NCBI GenBank assembly: GCA_013115125.1
Contig: JABANN010000098.1
Location: forward strand, 1-64,000
From: Perkinsus olseni
Lineage: Eukaryota
DNA length: 64,000 bases
Reading direction: 5' to 3'
Below are positions 1 through 10,465 of this stretch, piece after piece. The number at the start of each line of letters is the position of its first letter. The first letter of the stretch is position 1. The position numbers were made by a program, and so were the translations under genes. The notes under the pieces were generated by a model. That model saw only the letters and a list, made by a program, of their open reading frames with translations, was not told the DNA's origin and did no database searches.

Positions 1-826
1 GCCAACGTTGTCAACATTAGCTGCGTTCGGAATTTGGACAACGTTGACGATGTTGACGAAATTAGGAGCCCCGGATGTGGATACGTACGGATGTGGGGCG
101 CCGTCGTTATAGGCTCATTCATGGGTGATTCAGCTGCTGAGTATTGCTGCTTTGATGTTTCTTATGTATGATAATGCTGAGGGCAGCAGGGATACTTTTA
201 TGGTATCCCTAGTGTCGTCTCTACAGTTGCGCTGCTTTGCCATTAGCTGTGCTGCCTACACAGTTGCACGCATACTCGAGGTTTTCTTGGCGCCTCCCTT
301 CACCCTTGTGTTAGAGTCAACTTAGGCACGTAACACCGTATAATTGGTTGAGGATCGTTTGGTCGTGAAAGAGATCTTCTCCATCATTGCTATTTCCATG
401 GTAATCCGCTTGAGCCAGTTGTCTTGTGCATTTTCTTCAGGTAAAGCGAATGCGTTTTTCTCACAGGCACACTGTGAATCTGTAATCACCACTCGACTTC
501 CTCCTGTTGATGAGCGGGCCTTGGGGGTCAGTGATGTCAGTGTCCATTAATGATGTCATTCTGATGTTATTCCAATCAACTCTGCTAAGTATGGCTACTT
601 TTTGATGGGAGAACGAGAGACTCTGTTCTTTCTTTGCATGCACTGGGAATCTCTCTAACTTGGCCTTGCGAGTCAGTGATTAATCTGGGCCGGGCATTTC
701 GGAATGAGTTGGTCGAGGAGTGGTATGACCCTGATCATTTTCAGGGTTAATTCAACTTCACTCTCCCCAACGGCCTGAGCGGGAGGGAGGAGGATTGTAT
801 AATTTGTGAATAATAATAACAACGAG

Positions 827-3800
827 ATGATGGAATATATCAACTTGAAGGACCCGGTCATGTGGGCGTGCTTTGGGGTATCTTTCATCCTCGTCGTGGC
901 CGCGAGCATCCTACTGTTATATCCGCGGAAATCTGGGCAGCAAGCCAAGGTAGTATTAGAGGTGGTAGGAGGGCTCGGCTTAGGTTCATCCGCCAAAATA
1001 CTGTCGCTACAGCTCTTGAACTGAATGGAATTCTCGAGTTTTATGGTCCTTTGCGGTGGCTTCCTTGTCGCGTAATATCAAGGTATTAGTTTTTTCCCGG
1101 AAATTGCTAGCCATTGTACCAGTGCGTTATACTGCCTCGCCGACGGGAACTCCTGGGAAGATATTATGCAGTTCCACTAGGATGGCAATACCGTAACACC
1201 CCCGACTCAGATGCGCTGCGCTGCCATGTTGATTCGTTGGGCTGATTATTATCCTGTTCCCTATGCTACTACTTGCGCTGATTCAGCGTTTCTGGACGCA
1301 AATTTCCCTTTGTAAGGCGTTCGTCATAGCGATTGTGTGAGATAAACAGTACAGACGATGTATCAAGATCCATACTGCATTCATGATGGGAGTGATTTGC
1401 GGAATTTATGGTATATCTAAGATTATGTGAAATTGGGAGTTTAATTAACGCATAAGTATAATATGAAAATTTATGGGGATAAAATAAATTGAACGTTTTT
1501 TGGGAAGCTTTGGTGACTAGTCGGGTTCTCAAGCCGCTTCTGAATTGATGAGTTTTTAATGATCCACTAAGATGAGTCAGCGCAAGGTGGTCATGTGCGC
1601 ATAACCATTCGGAGTTTTGGTCTTTGCAGAGAATGTCGCCCTTCGAGCTCGCCGCGGCTTTCCTTCCCGAGAGGTCCTCTGATGGCAAAGTTCACCAGTC
1701 CTTACCGAAGGTGTCGGGTTCAATTCCCAGGGCCGTCATCTCAAGCGATGTACTCAGGATTTTCGACTACTGGTGATTTGTAATCCCATTTCTGGCGGAG
1801 GGCTCGGTCGGAAGGTCTATGATAATATTGTGAAGGTCATAAGGGAGAGTCCGATGATCAGTTTTCACTCGGTGCTCATTTTACGCGGTCATACCACATA
1901 TCAGCGAATGCGCAGAAGAATAACTGATATGACAGTGTCCTAACAACCAATTGAATGCATCCAACCCGTTCCAAAGTCGCGCCGACGAATTTTTTACGGT
2001 CCCTGAGAAATTGCTGTTAATGAGGGGGCGGGCGGTTTCATTGGTGACTGTGGCCTTCAACAGTGATTGAAGAATTCTCCGTCTTCGCTTGTGCGCTCCA
2101 GCGCTCTCCTGTGGGGCACGACCGGGGTGTGTGAGGAATGGCTGGTAGAAGTCTGGCAATCCAGTAGGGATGGTTCCTTCGCTCTGTCGGAGGAAACAGG
2201 AGTTTTGCGGGGATAGTAAGTTTGGAAATACTCGAAAAGATTTCGAAACTTAGAACCGAAAGGCCGGCTCTCGAAAGCGGGTGGCCTCTTGACGATCAGC
2301 GATTCCCTTGCTTCGGAAGGAGTGGCTGCGGCTCTCATCCTCTCCAGCAATATGTCATATCCTACGTGAAGTTTCGGAAAAGGTATCGTTCTGTGTCCTT
2401 AGGTAATGCTCGATCGAAGCGAAGTGCCGTACGAGGTTGTATTCACAGAGCACGTTGGTCACGCCTATGACTTGGGCGCTGATCTTGATATTGATTTGTG
2501 AGTTCGAATAGCGGGGATATGGGACTTGATTGATTCGCGAGTTTTGGTTGGAGGTCTGGAGGAGTTTCCGCTCGGAATTGTAGGGGCCATCGTGGTACTT
2601 GTACTGTAGAAGGAGCATGGATCGCGTTCTCGCAGTGCGACAGCGTGAAGTGGGGAATTTTCAGCTACTGAAAGTGAAAATGGCGTATAAATGGACGAAT
2701 GGAGGCCGGCTGTTGTATGCTAGTTCAGTCGCGCTTGCTGAGGTTGCGCACGGGAAAGGATTCTCAGGTACTCGGCGATCGCTGTAATAGGAGGAGATTG
2801 TCTGTTGCATGAGCTTCTACAGGGAGTGTAACAGCGCTTCATACCGCGTGCATACCAAATTTTTCGTACTTCTTCTTGCAGGTACAGTTCATCCAAAACT
2901 CTTTCTACGCTTGAGCTGCTTCTTTCCAGGCTTCCGTTGGCAATAATCCCGGCTGGAACCAAGTAACTCGGCGTGGTCTGTGTCTGCTGATCGCTGAATA
3001 TTCTTTTCGTGGGATGCTTCGCTCCGCTGTGGATTTGATGGAGCGTCCATCTGCTATTTTGGTGTACATGTCCATCAAAGTCATGATCGGGCGTCATCCA
3101 GAGGAAGGACGGATTTCGGAAATCTCGTAAATTTTTTGCTTTCTTCTTTGAACCACTTTGATTTCAGTGATGGTCTGGCAAACAGTTTGGGAATGCCGAA
3201 CGCATATTTGGCATGTAAAAGGATGTTGGACGCGATTCACACCGGCCAATACAGGTGAGATAGGAGCGCGGACGGTTCCTTACCCGAAGGTCTGATGTTC
3301 GATCCCTGCATCGTGCATGTAGGCCTTTGGATTTGTATCATGCTGTGAGGGAGTCGTCAATAGCCCCGGATGATGGCACTGAAACGGCGGCGGAGGAGGA
3401 GAGCAGGGTTAGCGAAGATCAGGGGTAGTAGGTTTGTGCATGCGTGCAAGTGATACCAACTTTTCAGCAGATGTGGCGTGGTTGACCTTACTATGACTTG
3501 CTGGGGATTCATTGCTGATGTTGAGATGATAACGCGACGGACACTTGGACGTGAGTTATCTTCTCACCCGGGTTCTAGTCCCACAGGTGTCATTCTACCA
3601 GGCATACCCCGACAAGTGGGGAGGGTGATAGCAGCCTTAGTGAGCATTCTTCGAATGGACGCTAAGGCCGGGCATTTAGTGCTCTACTGCAAGGAGCCGG
3701 TCCCTAAGGAACTCTCTGGTGAGCACAGCGGGCTTGAGCGTCTTTAATAGAGAAATGCTGGTTGATATATTGGAAGAGCAAAAGTAGCATAGACAGGGAC

Positions 3801-4794
3801 GCGCTTCCACTGAGTCGGTCTCGGAGAACGCCCCTGGCGGGATTGTAAGACAATTATGAGAAGGTCTAAAATGTAAATTTTTTTCCACCGTGGGCGAGAG
3901 ACGCTGCCCATTAGTTAACTCCTGGGAGCATTCCGTTCAGGTCTGGGACTTCCTCAACCCAAGACTTCTGTGACGACGATAAGAGGCCCGATAATGAGTA
4001 TCACAGTCACTAACGTGAGTCATGCTGCTGGTAAGTGTGGTGGGGAGAATGTCGAGTATGGAGCGGTCAGTCTGTGCTGCTGTTTTCAGGAGATTTCATC
4101 GTGGATCCAAATGCTCGGTGTGATGACGGTGTGCTCTCCGTTTGTGTGATAAGGAGCTGCAGTCGATGGCAGGTGGGACAGAAAAGATCGAATCACGTCG
4201 GGGAGATGGATTATATCGTATTAGGCGATCGAGACGCTGCTGGCGATGAAGACAGGCTCGCATCTTGCCCTCCCATGGATAGAAACTTACACTTGCTCAA
4301 AGGTGAGAAGAGTCTTCGGACGGCCTCATCCGCGATCATAAGCGCGTCCGCGTAGCGTGGTGCGTTCAGTCGATCCCCTGAAATTGGAGTGCGTGTTGTG
4401 GACGGCTCAACTATTTTTCCGAGTGTGCAGTTGGACTCGGGCCAGTACGAAACCGCGTTGTTGTATTCAAAATAGGCCCGCTTATTGGACGAACTCCTCT
4501 TGCACGATAAATATCTTCGCGTGATGAGTTTGCCATGCCGTCGTCGTGTCTTATCTTCATCAACTTGCGAGAGAGCATCGGATATCTTTTCAGGTGTACA
4601 TTCGGAATGATACGGGAGAGGTTACCATCGGCGGCATGGGCGAGTCGGAGCTAGGTAAAGATACTACGTCGGCGTATCTTTTGCGCATGCGTGCAACTGT
4701 GTTAGATCCCAGACAAGCCTCTGATAACTCCACGGAAGGTCCTGACGGGATCCTTCTGACGTGTATGGGAGGGTCTGCTAAACTGATGTGCTGA
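827..4794 (+). CDS. Multi-exon sphingosine kinase / diacylglycerol-kinase-family (DAGKc) protein, divergent, with a probable N-terminal TM segment
   Basis: Exons join in phase across GT-AG introns: VMLDRSEVPYEVVFTEHVGHAYDLGADLDIDL (~2403-2498), YSAIAVIGGDCLLHELLQGV (2768-2827), YSSSKTLSTLELLLSRLPLAIIPAGT + NDGLANSLGMP (~2882-3254), CWGFIADVEMIT (~3500), TNVSHAA + GDFIVDPNARCDDGVLSVCVI (~3941-4172), AIETLLAMKTGSH (~4225), VYIRNDTGEVTIGGMGE (~4594), ending ...GGSAKLMC* at 4794. The motif order matches the SphK/DAGK family. The link to the hydrophobic first exon at ATG 827 is tentative. Confidence 0.8.
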
Positions 4795-5305
4795 GATGCA
4801 GCCGTCAGTGTCCGACTCTTCTTGTCTAAGTGTATAATGATTCGTCTCCTTCGGCCTTTGACTTGCGTTCGGCCTCGTACCGTTATCGTTAGGCGAGATT
4901 TGTGTTCGAGACTGGTGTCAAGAACACGAACAGCAACCGTCGCGTTGCCCGTGTGTGAGCGGACTGGGCTTGTGTATGCCATACACTGTATGGAGACACT
5001 ATTGGGCTCGAAGCGTTGGATTCCCTTTTTGCGTGGAAACGAAATTACACACGTCTGAGTCAGACGTAACCGTCGGTTACTAACCGACCGTCTGAGACGG
5101 TCTGACATGGTAGATTATACGAGTCACAAGTAAGACGTTCTTCAACCTCAACCAGCCAAACAGCTACGGTGCGCAAGTCAGGAGGTTCCGTCCTGAGCTA
5201 ACATGCATCACGACCCATAGACCAGACGACAACTCTGTGCTACTCCTGGAGAAAGTCGTGGAGTGGGCGACCACTCCCGTCACCATTTCGCTCGTTCTCG
5301 GGATG

Positions 5306-5402
5306 CGGGTTGGGTTGATTTCATGGGTGGTGATGGTATACTAGCAGCATGTTGCCCTTTTAGTTATACTTCTGCCCGTTCATAGAAAGTTGGTATGAAC
5401 GC
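5306..5402. repeat. Partial copy of the short inverted-repeat element at 24885-25029
   Basis: Shares the core agttatacttctgcccgttc...agttggtatgaacgc and a gggttgggttga...tgat.gtatact arm with 24885-25029. Confidence 0.65.
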
Positions 5403-5592
5403 CGCGCTTCATGACCGCCATTCAGCTTTGGAATTCAGAATTGGATTCGAACAAGCGCATACGTATTATCGAGTGCGTGCGGATAGACAGTCGCATGATA
5501 TGGTAAATCAGTCAAGTTCGCCCGGGGTACAAAGATGGGTCAGAGTCGAAATACGTAATTTATGGCTTCGATGCAAGAGAGGATTAGTCTAA

Positions 5593-5760
5593 GCAAGTTT
5601 ATCGGGTCGAATTCCGCCCGCCGGAAATGTAGCGCTCAGTTACATGGAAACCGTCGAAGCGAAACAACTCATGATGGGAAGATTCTGTGCGCCACCGGCT
5701 CGCTCGGAAAACTTGGAAAACATAAACTTTCCCAGCCATTAGCTCTGTGCGCCGTGTAGA
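5593..5760 (+). repeat. ~170-bp dispersed repeat, copy A (copy B at 12321-12487)
   Basis: Colinear shared blocks: gcaagtttatcg, ccggaaatgta.cgctc, gatggg.aggattctg.gcgccaccggctcgctcg, gccattagctct.tgcgccgtgtaga. Confidence 0.8.
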
Positions 5761-6143
5761 ACGGTTCTACTAGAACCTGAAACTCCGGAAGGTCTAACAA
5801 TTCCGGAGAATAGCCAAGCTGAGGGCACGCATGTACATAGCTTGAGCGTAGCGAGCCGTTACACCAATACAAATGCGAGCGAGACAGCAGGGAGTTCCTT
5901 CCACATATGAAGTCAAGATAGTTGCAGCGATGATAGTCTAGTCGGCCGAGTAGTACTAAAACAAGTGAAAGGCTTCCACTGGAAGCTGTTACATAGCGTA
6001 TAGTCGTCACTACGCAGTTAGTATAGTGCACGAGGGATTGGACATGTACACGCATGCTCAAGGATCGTTCGCAGATTGACAATGAGTTGTCAGCACGCTT
6101 TCTCAGCTCTGGTTGACACCTAAGCACGGCTTCCTCGCAATCT

Positions 6144-6602
6144 ATGCTTTCCGTCATCCTCGTCATCGGAGTTCTCATCAGCGTCAATGATGCGTATCTG
6201 CCTAACGGCAACTTTGCGGGAAGAGTTTCGTCCCCCTACCTCTTCGTCGACTGTACCTTCATCCCTGCTTCTGGCGTCTCCTCTGTGCACATGGTGGTCG
6301 GATGTGATAAGCAACAACCCGCAGCCGTGGGGCGGTTCGAAATCGAGCCGGCGGCCGATTATCCCGACCGGTATCTTATCGTAGGTTCTCAGAGCCCGAG
6401 TCACAGAAGTATGATGGATGAACTAAAAAGGATGTGTCCGTGGCGTGGATTCAAGAACAACGATTTCATGAGGTTCAACAGGGTTAAGGGAAATGTTACC
6501 GCAGAAGATGATTACCGTGTATACTATGACACCGCCAGACGGTCGGTCCTCCTGAAGCAACTTAGTTCTACTCCCTATCCGGATTGGTGGAGTCGTGCTT
6601 GA
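6144..6602 (+). CDS. Small intronless putative secreted protein (152 aa), function unknown
   Basis: Clean ATG-to-TGA ORF with a signal-peptide-like N-terminus (MLSVILVIGVLISVNDA) and three Cys. Confidence 0.7.
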   Translation: MLSVILVIGVLISVNDAYLPNGNFAGRVSSPYLFVDCTFIPASGVSSVHMVVGCDKQQPAAVGRFEIEPAADYPDRYLIVGSQSPSHRSMMDELKRMCPWRGFKNNDFMRFNRVKGNVTAEDDYRVYYDTARRSVLLKQLSSTPYPDWWSRA

Positions 6603-6774
6603 ATGTCCACGTCACATGCGTTCATGTGGTTGAACGGAGAGGCTGCTGTTATCGAGCATTCGAGCGACGTCTTTGTATCGTTTGTTTGTTACCCCTGTAG
6701 TGTTCATCTATCGAATAGCATGCTTTAGAGTGTTGTGTCAGTGTTGTAATGCTTTTGATGATTGTGATCTCAGA

Positions 6775-7200
6775 TCAGTTGTGTGGTTATAGTTACGTAG
6801 TTCAGGAAGGCGATCACATTAGCATACGATCGAGAAAGGGCTCGTGATACAGCGAGTCCATCCTTTCTTTGTTTGCATTCTCTTTATTGGACTTATTGAG
6901 GGACAGTGGGGGGTCGAGGACCCACAAGACTACAAGATTTCTTCTGTGACGTGATCAATCCTCATTCGTGATGTTTGCTGTGAAGTCCGTGCTTTGTCGC
7001 ATAATTCGTCAGTCATATGTTGTGATACTCATGTATTTCAGGGAGTCTCGATTTTTGGTGTATTTCGACACTATCGCCCCAACAGGGAGGATATTCTTAT
7101 CACAGAAGATGGTGAGTTGCACGAAGGTCAGTCTTCGATGAAGCCCCCCCCGGGGACTCCGCCGCGCAAAGGGTCGTGTCGCAGTAATTCTTGTTCGGTG
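6775..7200 (+). repeat. ~420-bp diverged repeat or decayed gene fragment, homologous to 32340-32760 on the minus strand
   Basis: Shared blocks include attcgtgatgttt.ctgtgaagtccgt and tcatatgttgtgatactca. The translations align: ICCDTHVFQGVSIFGVFRHY versus ICCDTHLHQGLSTFGLFCHY. Confidence 0.7.
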
Positions 7201-7599
7201 TCACTGGCACTGAATCAGTTCCCCCGGTATGAACATCTGTTGGCCACTATCAACCACCCACGAACGGGAACTATGGGCGATGGCATCGCCATCGATGCTA
7301 CTCCTATTTCTGTCATTTTCGCTGCTGCTACTGTTGAGTCTATGGAAGCTGGGTCGCATTCTATGTGCCTGGCATTCAGACTCACATAAGAGAGGTGGTT
7401 ACTGCCGTTTTGGTGGTTTTGAGTCGCCTGGCCGCGTGGCGGCCGCGAGGCTCGCGGCGAGCGAGAGTGAGACTGATACTCATCAAGTCCCAGGTATTAG
7501 AGTGACTAGCGGTACTGTGAGTCTTTCTGATTAATTTCTATCGTCTAAATTTCTTATTGTGCTGTTAATTGTGTTTTGCCTCTCGCGCGTTATGCCAAC

Positions 7600-8109
7600 C
7601 ATGCCCCGGCAAACGAAATTGACGAAAGCGAAAAGTTCGGTTTCGTATCGGTTTCGGTCGAGCAGCGACCGAAACCGTGGCCTTACCTTGCGCCACTCCC
7701 GCCATTTCGCCTAGGCATCCTTTTACTTCGAGCTCCTTTTGATATACGTTTACAGCATTGCCTTTTGACGTGTGACCCCGCGGGAGTAGTTGAAACAACT
7801 GATTCGAATCTAGACTATAGAGTCCAGAGCGGAGTCTTCTCGAAAGACCATGATGATCTGACCATCTGAGTATCAAATTGATACTCAGATGGTCAGAATA
7901 TCATGGTTCGAATCAAATTCTCTCAGCATCAAAGAGTATTGAGTATCGTCAGAGCGTCAGAATATCAAATCGAAAATTATTACCGAAAATTCGAAACAAA
8001 AACGAAATTCGGCGACGCTGATCCGAACCGAAACCGATCGAAACGGATGCTCTCAACAAAAAATCGAAACCGAAAAACGAAACCATTTCCGTTCGGTTGC
8101 CGGGGCATG
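7600..8109. mobile_element. Non-autonomous hAT-type MITE (510 bp)
   Basis: TIRs CATGCCCCGGCAAACGAA and TTCGGTTGCCGGGGCATG match at 17/18 positions. Perfect 8-bp TSD ATGCCAAC at 7592-7599 and 8110-8117. Subterminal TTTCGGTTTCG/CGAAACCGAAA repeats and a central palindrome at 7857-7897. Confidence 0.92.
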
Positions 8110-8219
8110 ATGCCAACGCGTTACGGATGACCGTAAGGCTGACGCCTGCGCGTTCTTCGCGTTTTGAGTTCTAAAATCGTCTATTTCGCGTTGCGTTGTG
8201 CGTTATGCGTTATACACAA

Positions 8220-10406
8220 CACGGGTGAAACTCCATCGCACACAAAGCTGGTGCTACGGAGATATAATCTCATTGAGCTCTGTACTACTGAGCTTTTGCT
8301 ACTAGTTGAGTTCCCTACTTTCTCGCGGAAGGCGTCGCGCATCAGTACTTTTGCGTTCTTGATCTCCCGAAAGTCGGTGGGATCTTCACGCGAGAGAAAC
8401 CTCCAGCACTTCTCTAGCTGCCTGTGGGAGGGAACCGAGTAATAGAGGACAGCGAGAAAACCCGACAGATACGCGAAACAATTACGCTATCGTATCCATA
8501 GCCACGAAGGGGCGAACAGCTTGCATCTTGTCTGTGGCCACTGCGAGGGGCTGTAGCATACTTTGGATTCCTTCTAACAAAGGTTTCTTGCTCAGTAGGC
8601 TCTCGAAGGACCTGCACAATTGCGAACGATAGCATTGACACACCTTAACGTAATGAACCCGAGCTCTACTGGAGTCTGTTGTTTTTTGAGAATATCGATA
8701 TGATGGCTTCCCACGAGCGAATCACTGAGGATACCATGCGTAAGGAAGAATTCCACCTTGTATCGTTGCGAATACATAGCCTGACACAGTGGAAACCCAG
8801 GTGTGATGTGCAGCTTCAACAACGACCCTTCATTACCTTACACAGTTCGGCTGCTCAGCGATCTCTACATTCATCTTTGTTCGTCTAGCCACAGCAACCA
8901 ACCTACTCACTGTGGTCAGTAGCCCAGCCACCGACGATGACTCTTCCTCTGGCAGCGGGTGCATCATATCGTTGAGGGTAGTTGACATGATTGAAAGGGT
9001 TTCTTCATTTGCTTTGGCAGCGGGACCTGTTTGCCGATTAGCGAGCCTCCTGCTTCGGCTTGTCTTCTGAGTATCTCCGGTAGCCGGGTTGGAGACTGTC
9101 GTCGCAGGGTAGGTACCAGCCTTCACTGCCAGCTGTAGTAGATGGCCATAACAGGGTATACTAGCGGCGCCCAGTGTGGTGAGCGCCTTTATGTTGGCGC
9201 TGCACGAGTCACTCAAAAAGAGGACTTCGTCCTTGCGGACGTCGTAATCGTCAAGGACCTAACATGATCTCAGTGGCTGCGATGCACTCGCAAGCGGCGG
9301 TTTAAGGAGCTCATCCGTCTACACTACGGGTACACATCAAGTAGTCTTTCACAGAATTGTACTACCGTCTGCAAAGTGCCAGCTATGTCTTCGCCCTGCC
9401 CCGATTCCAGCTTCCTCAGTGCTATCAGGACCGGCTCAGCGCCTTCATTTTCATCCTTCTCGAGGACCACCGTCGTGGCGAGAACTTCCTCGCCTTTATG
9501 ATACGTTTTCCATGCGTCAAACTGCATCTGAAAAGAGGTGTTCTGTACTCGATAGCTCACATGAAATGAACCCCAGGATGAAATCCTCACCTGCAGCGGT
9601 CGGTTTCGGCGTTTCAAGCGGCTTTTTACTTCCTCCTTAACTTTTGAGTACCTCTCCTTCACCGCGGTTGACACCGCCTTCGCACTCGGAAGGGAGCGAT
9701 CTGCGTCAAATGGCCTCCCGTTGCGAGCGCCGAGGTCCGTCGCCAACTGTATAAGCTTGCGGAAGGCCACAGATTCGGTCACTGTGAAGGGCAGAGCTTG
9801 CGCGACTATAAGGTCCACACACGCCTCGAGAAGACGACCCCGTTGGTCCCCGGCCAATGGAGTCGGATCTTTAATATAATGCAATACAGACGGAGTATCC
9901 TTTCGTTTCTCCGAGCACGCTTTAAGATGACGGGTGAGGGTACTAGTGTTACCCTTCTTGCACTTGAAGATGGTGCGGCATAAGCTGCACACAGCAAAGT
10001 CCTTGCAAACGACACGAGAATCTTTCACGCGGATCTTCATGAAGGCCGTTGTCGACCAGACGTCTGAGCGGGCACTAGAATTCTTGGGTAGGAAAGGCTC
10101 GAATATACGCTCATCCAGCTTCTTTGTGGGCTTGGGTTCCGGAAGAGAGGAATGAGTACCCGAGGCGCAGTCATCGACCTTGTCTCCTTCCGCACGCGTC
10201 CCCTGTTCCTCATTGTTGGGTGCTACGAACACCTTCTTTCTCTTTGTCGGAGGAGAACCCGTGAGGAAGCCCTTCTGTTTCGCATCACCCTTCTCGCCCT
10301 CCAACTCCAGGCGCAAGGCTCGAGCAGCGATATCAGCTGCTGTTTCAGAGATGATGGGCACCTCGTCGACCAATAGATGAGCAGCTGACGATGAAGATGA
10401 TGCCAT
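8220..10406 (-). mobile_element. hAT-superfamily transposase gene with BED zinc finger and introns, 3'-truncated (probable pseudogene)
   Basis: BED finger (SDVW...AVCSLCRTIF...NTSTLTRHLKAC), LPFTVTESVAFRKLI, first catalytic Asp region (FDAWK), SDSCSANIKA...CYGHLLQLAV, RNDTRWNSSLRM (~8740-8770), LQPLAVATDKMQA, and AMEFHP at ~8225. No C-terminal dimerisation domain is seen after that. Confidence 0.88.
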
Positions 10407-10465
10407 AGATAAGCACGACAAGATAAGCTCCTAAGAAGGCATATGCAACGTCCCGAGACCGACTT

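Noticed and set aside
1680-1740. tRNA-like sequence (gggttcaattccc T-loop with gatggc/gccgtc ends)
   Set aside because: Too short, no D-arm and only a 4-nt loop in the would-be anticodon arm, so it cannot form a cloverleaf.
7576-8130. ORFs of 75-103 aa overlapping the MITE
   Set aside because: They arise from repetitive subterminal sequence and show no protein-like features.
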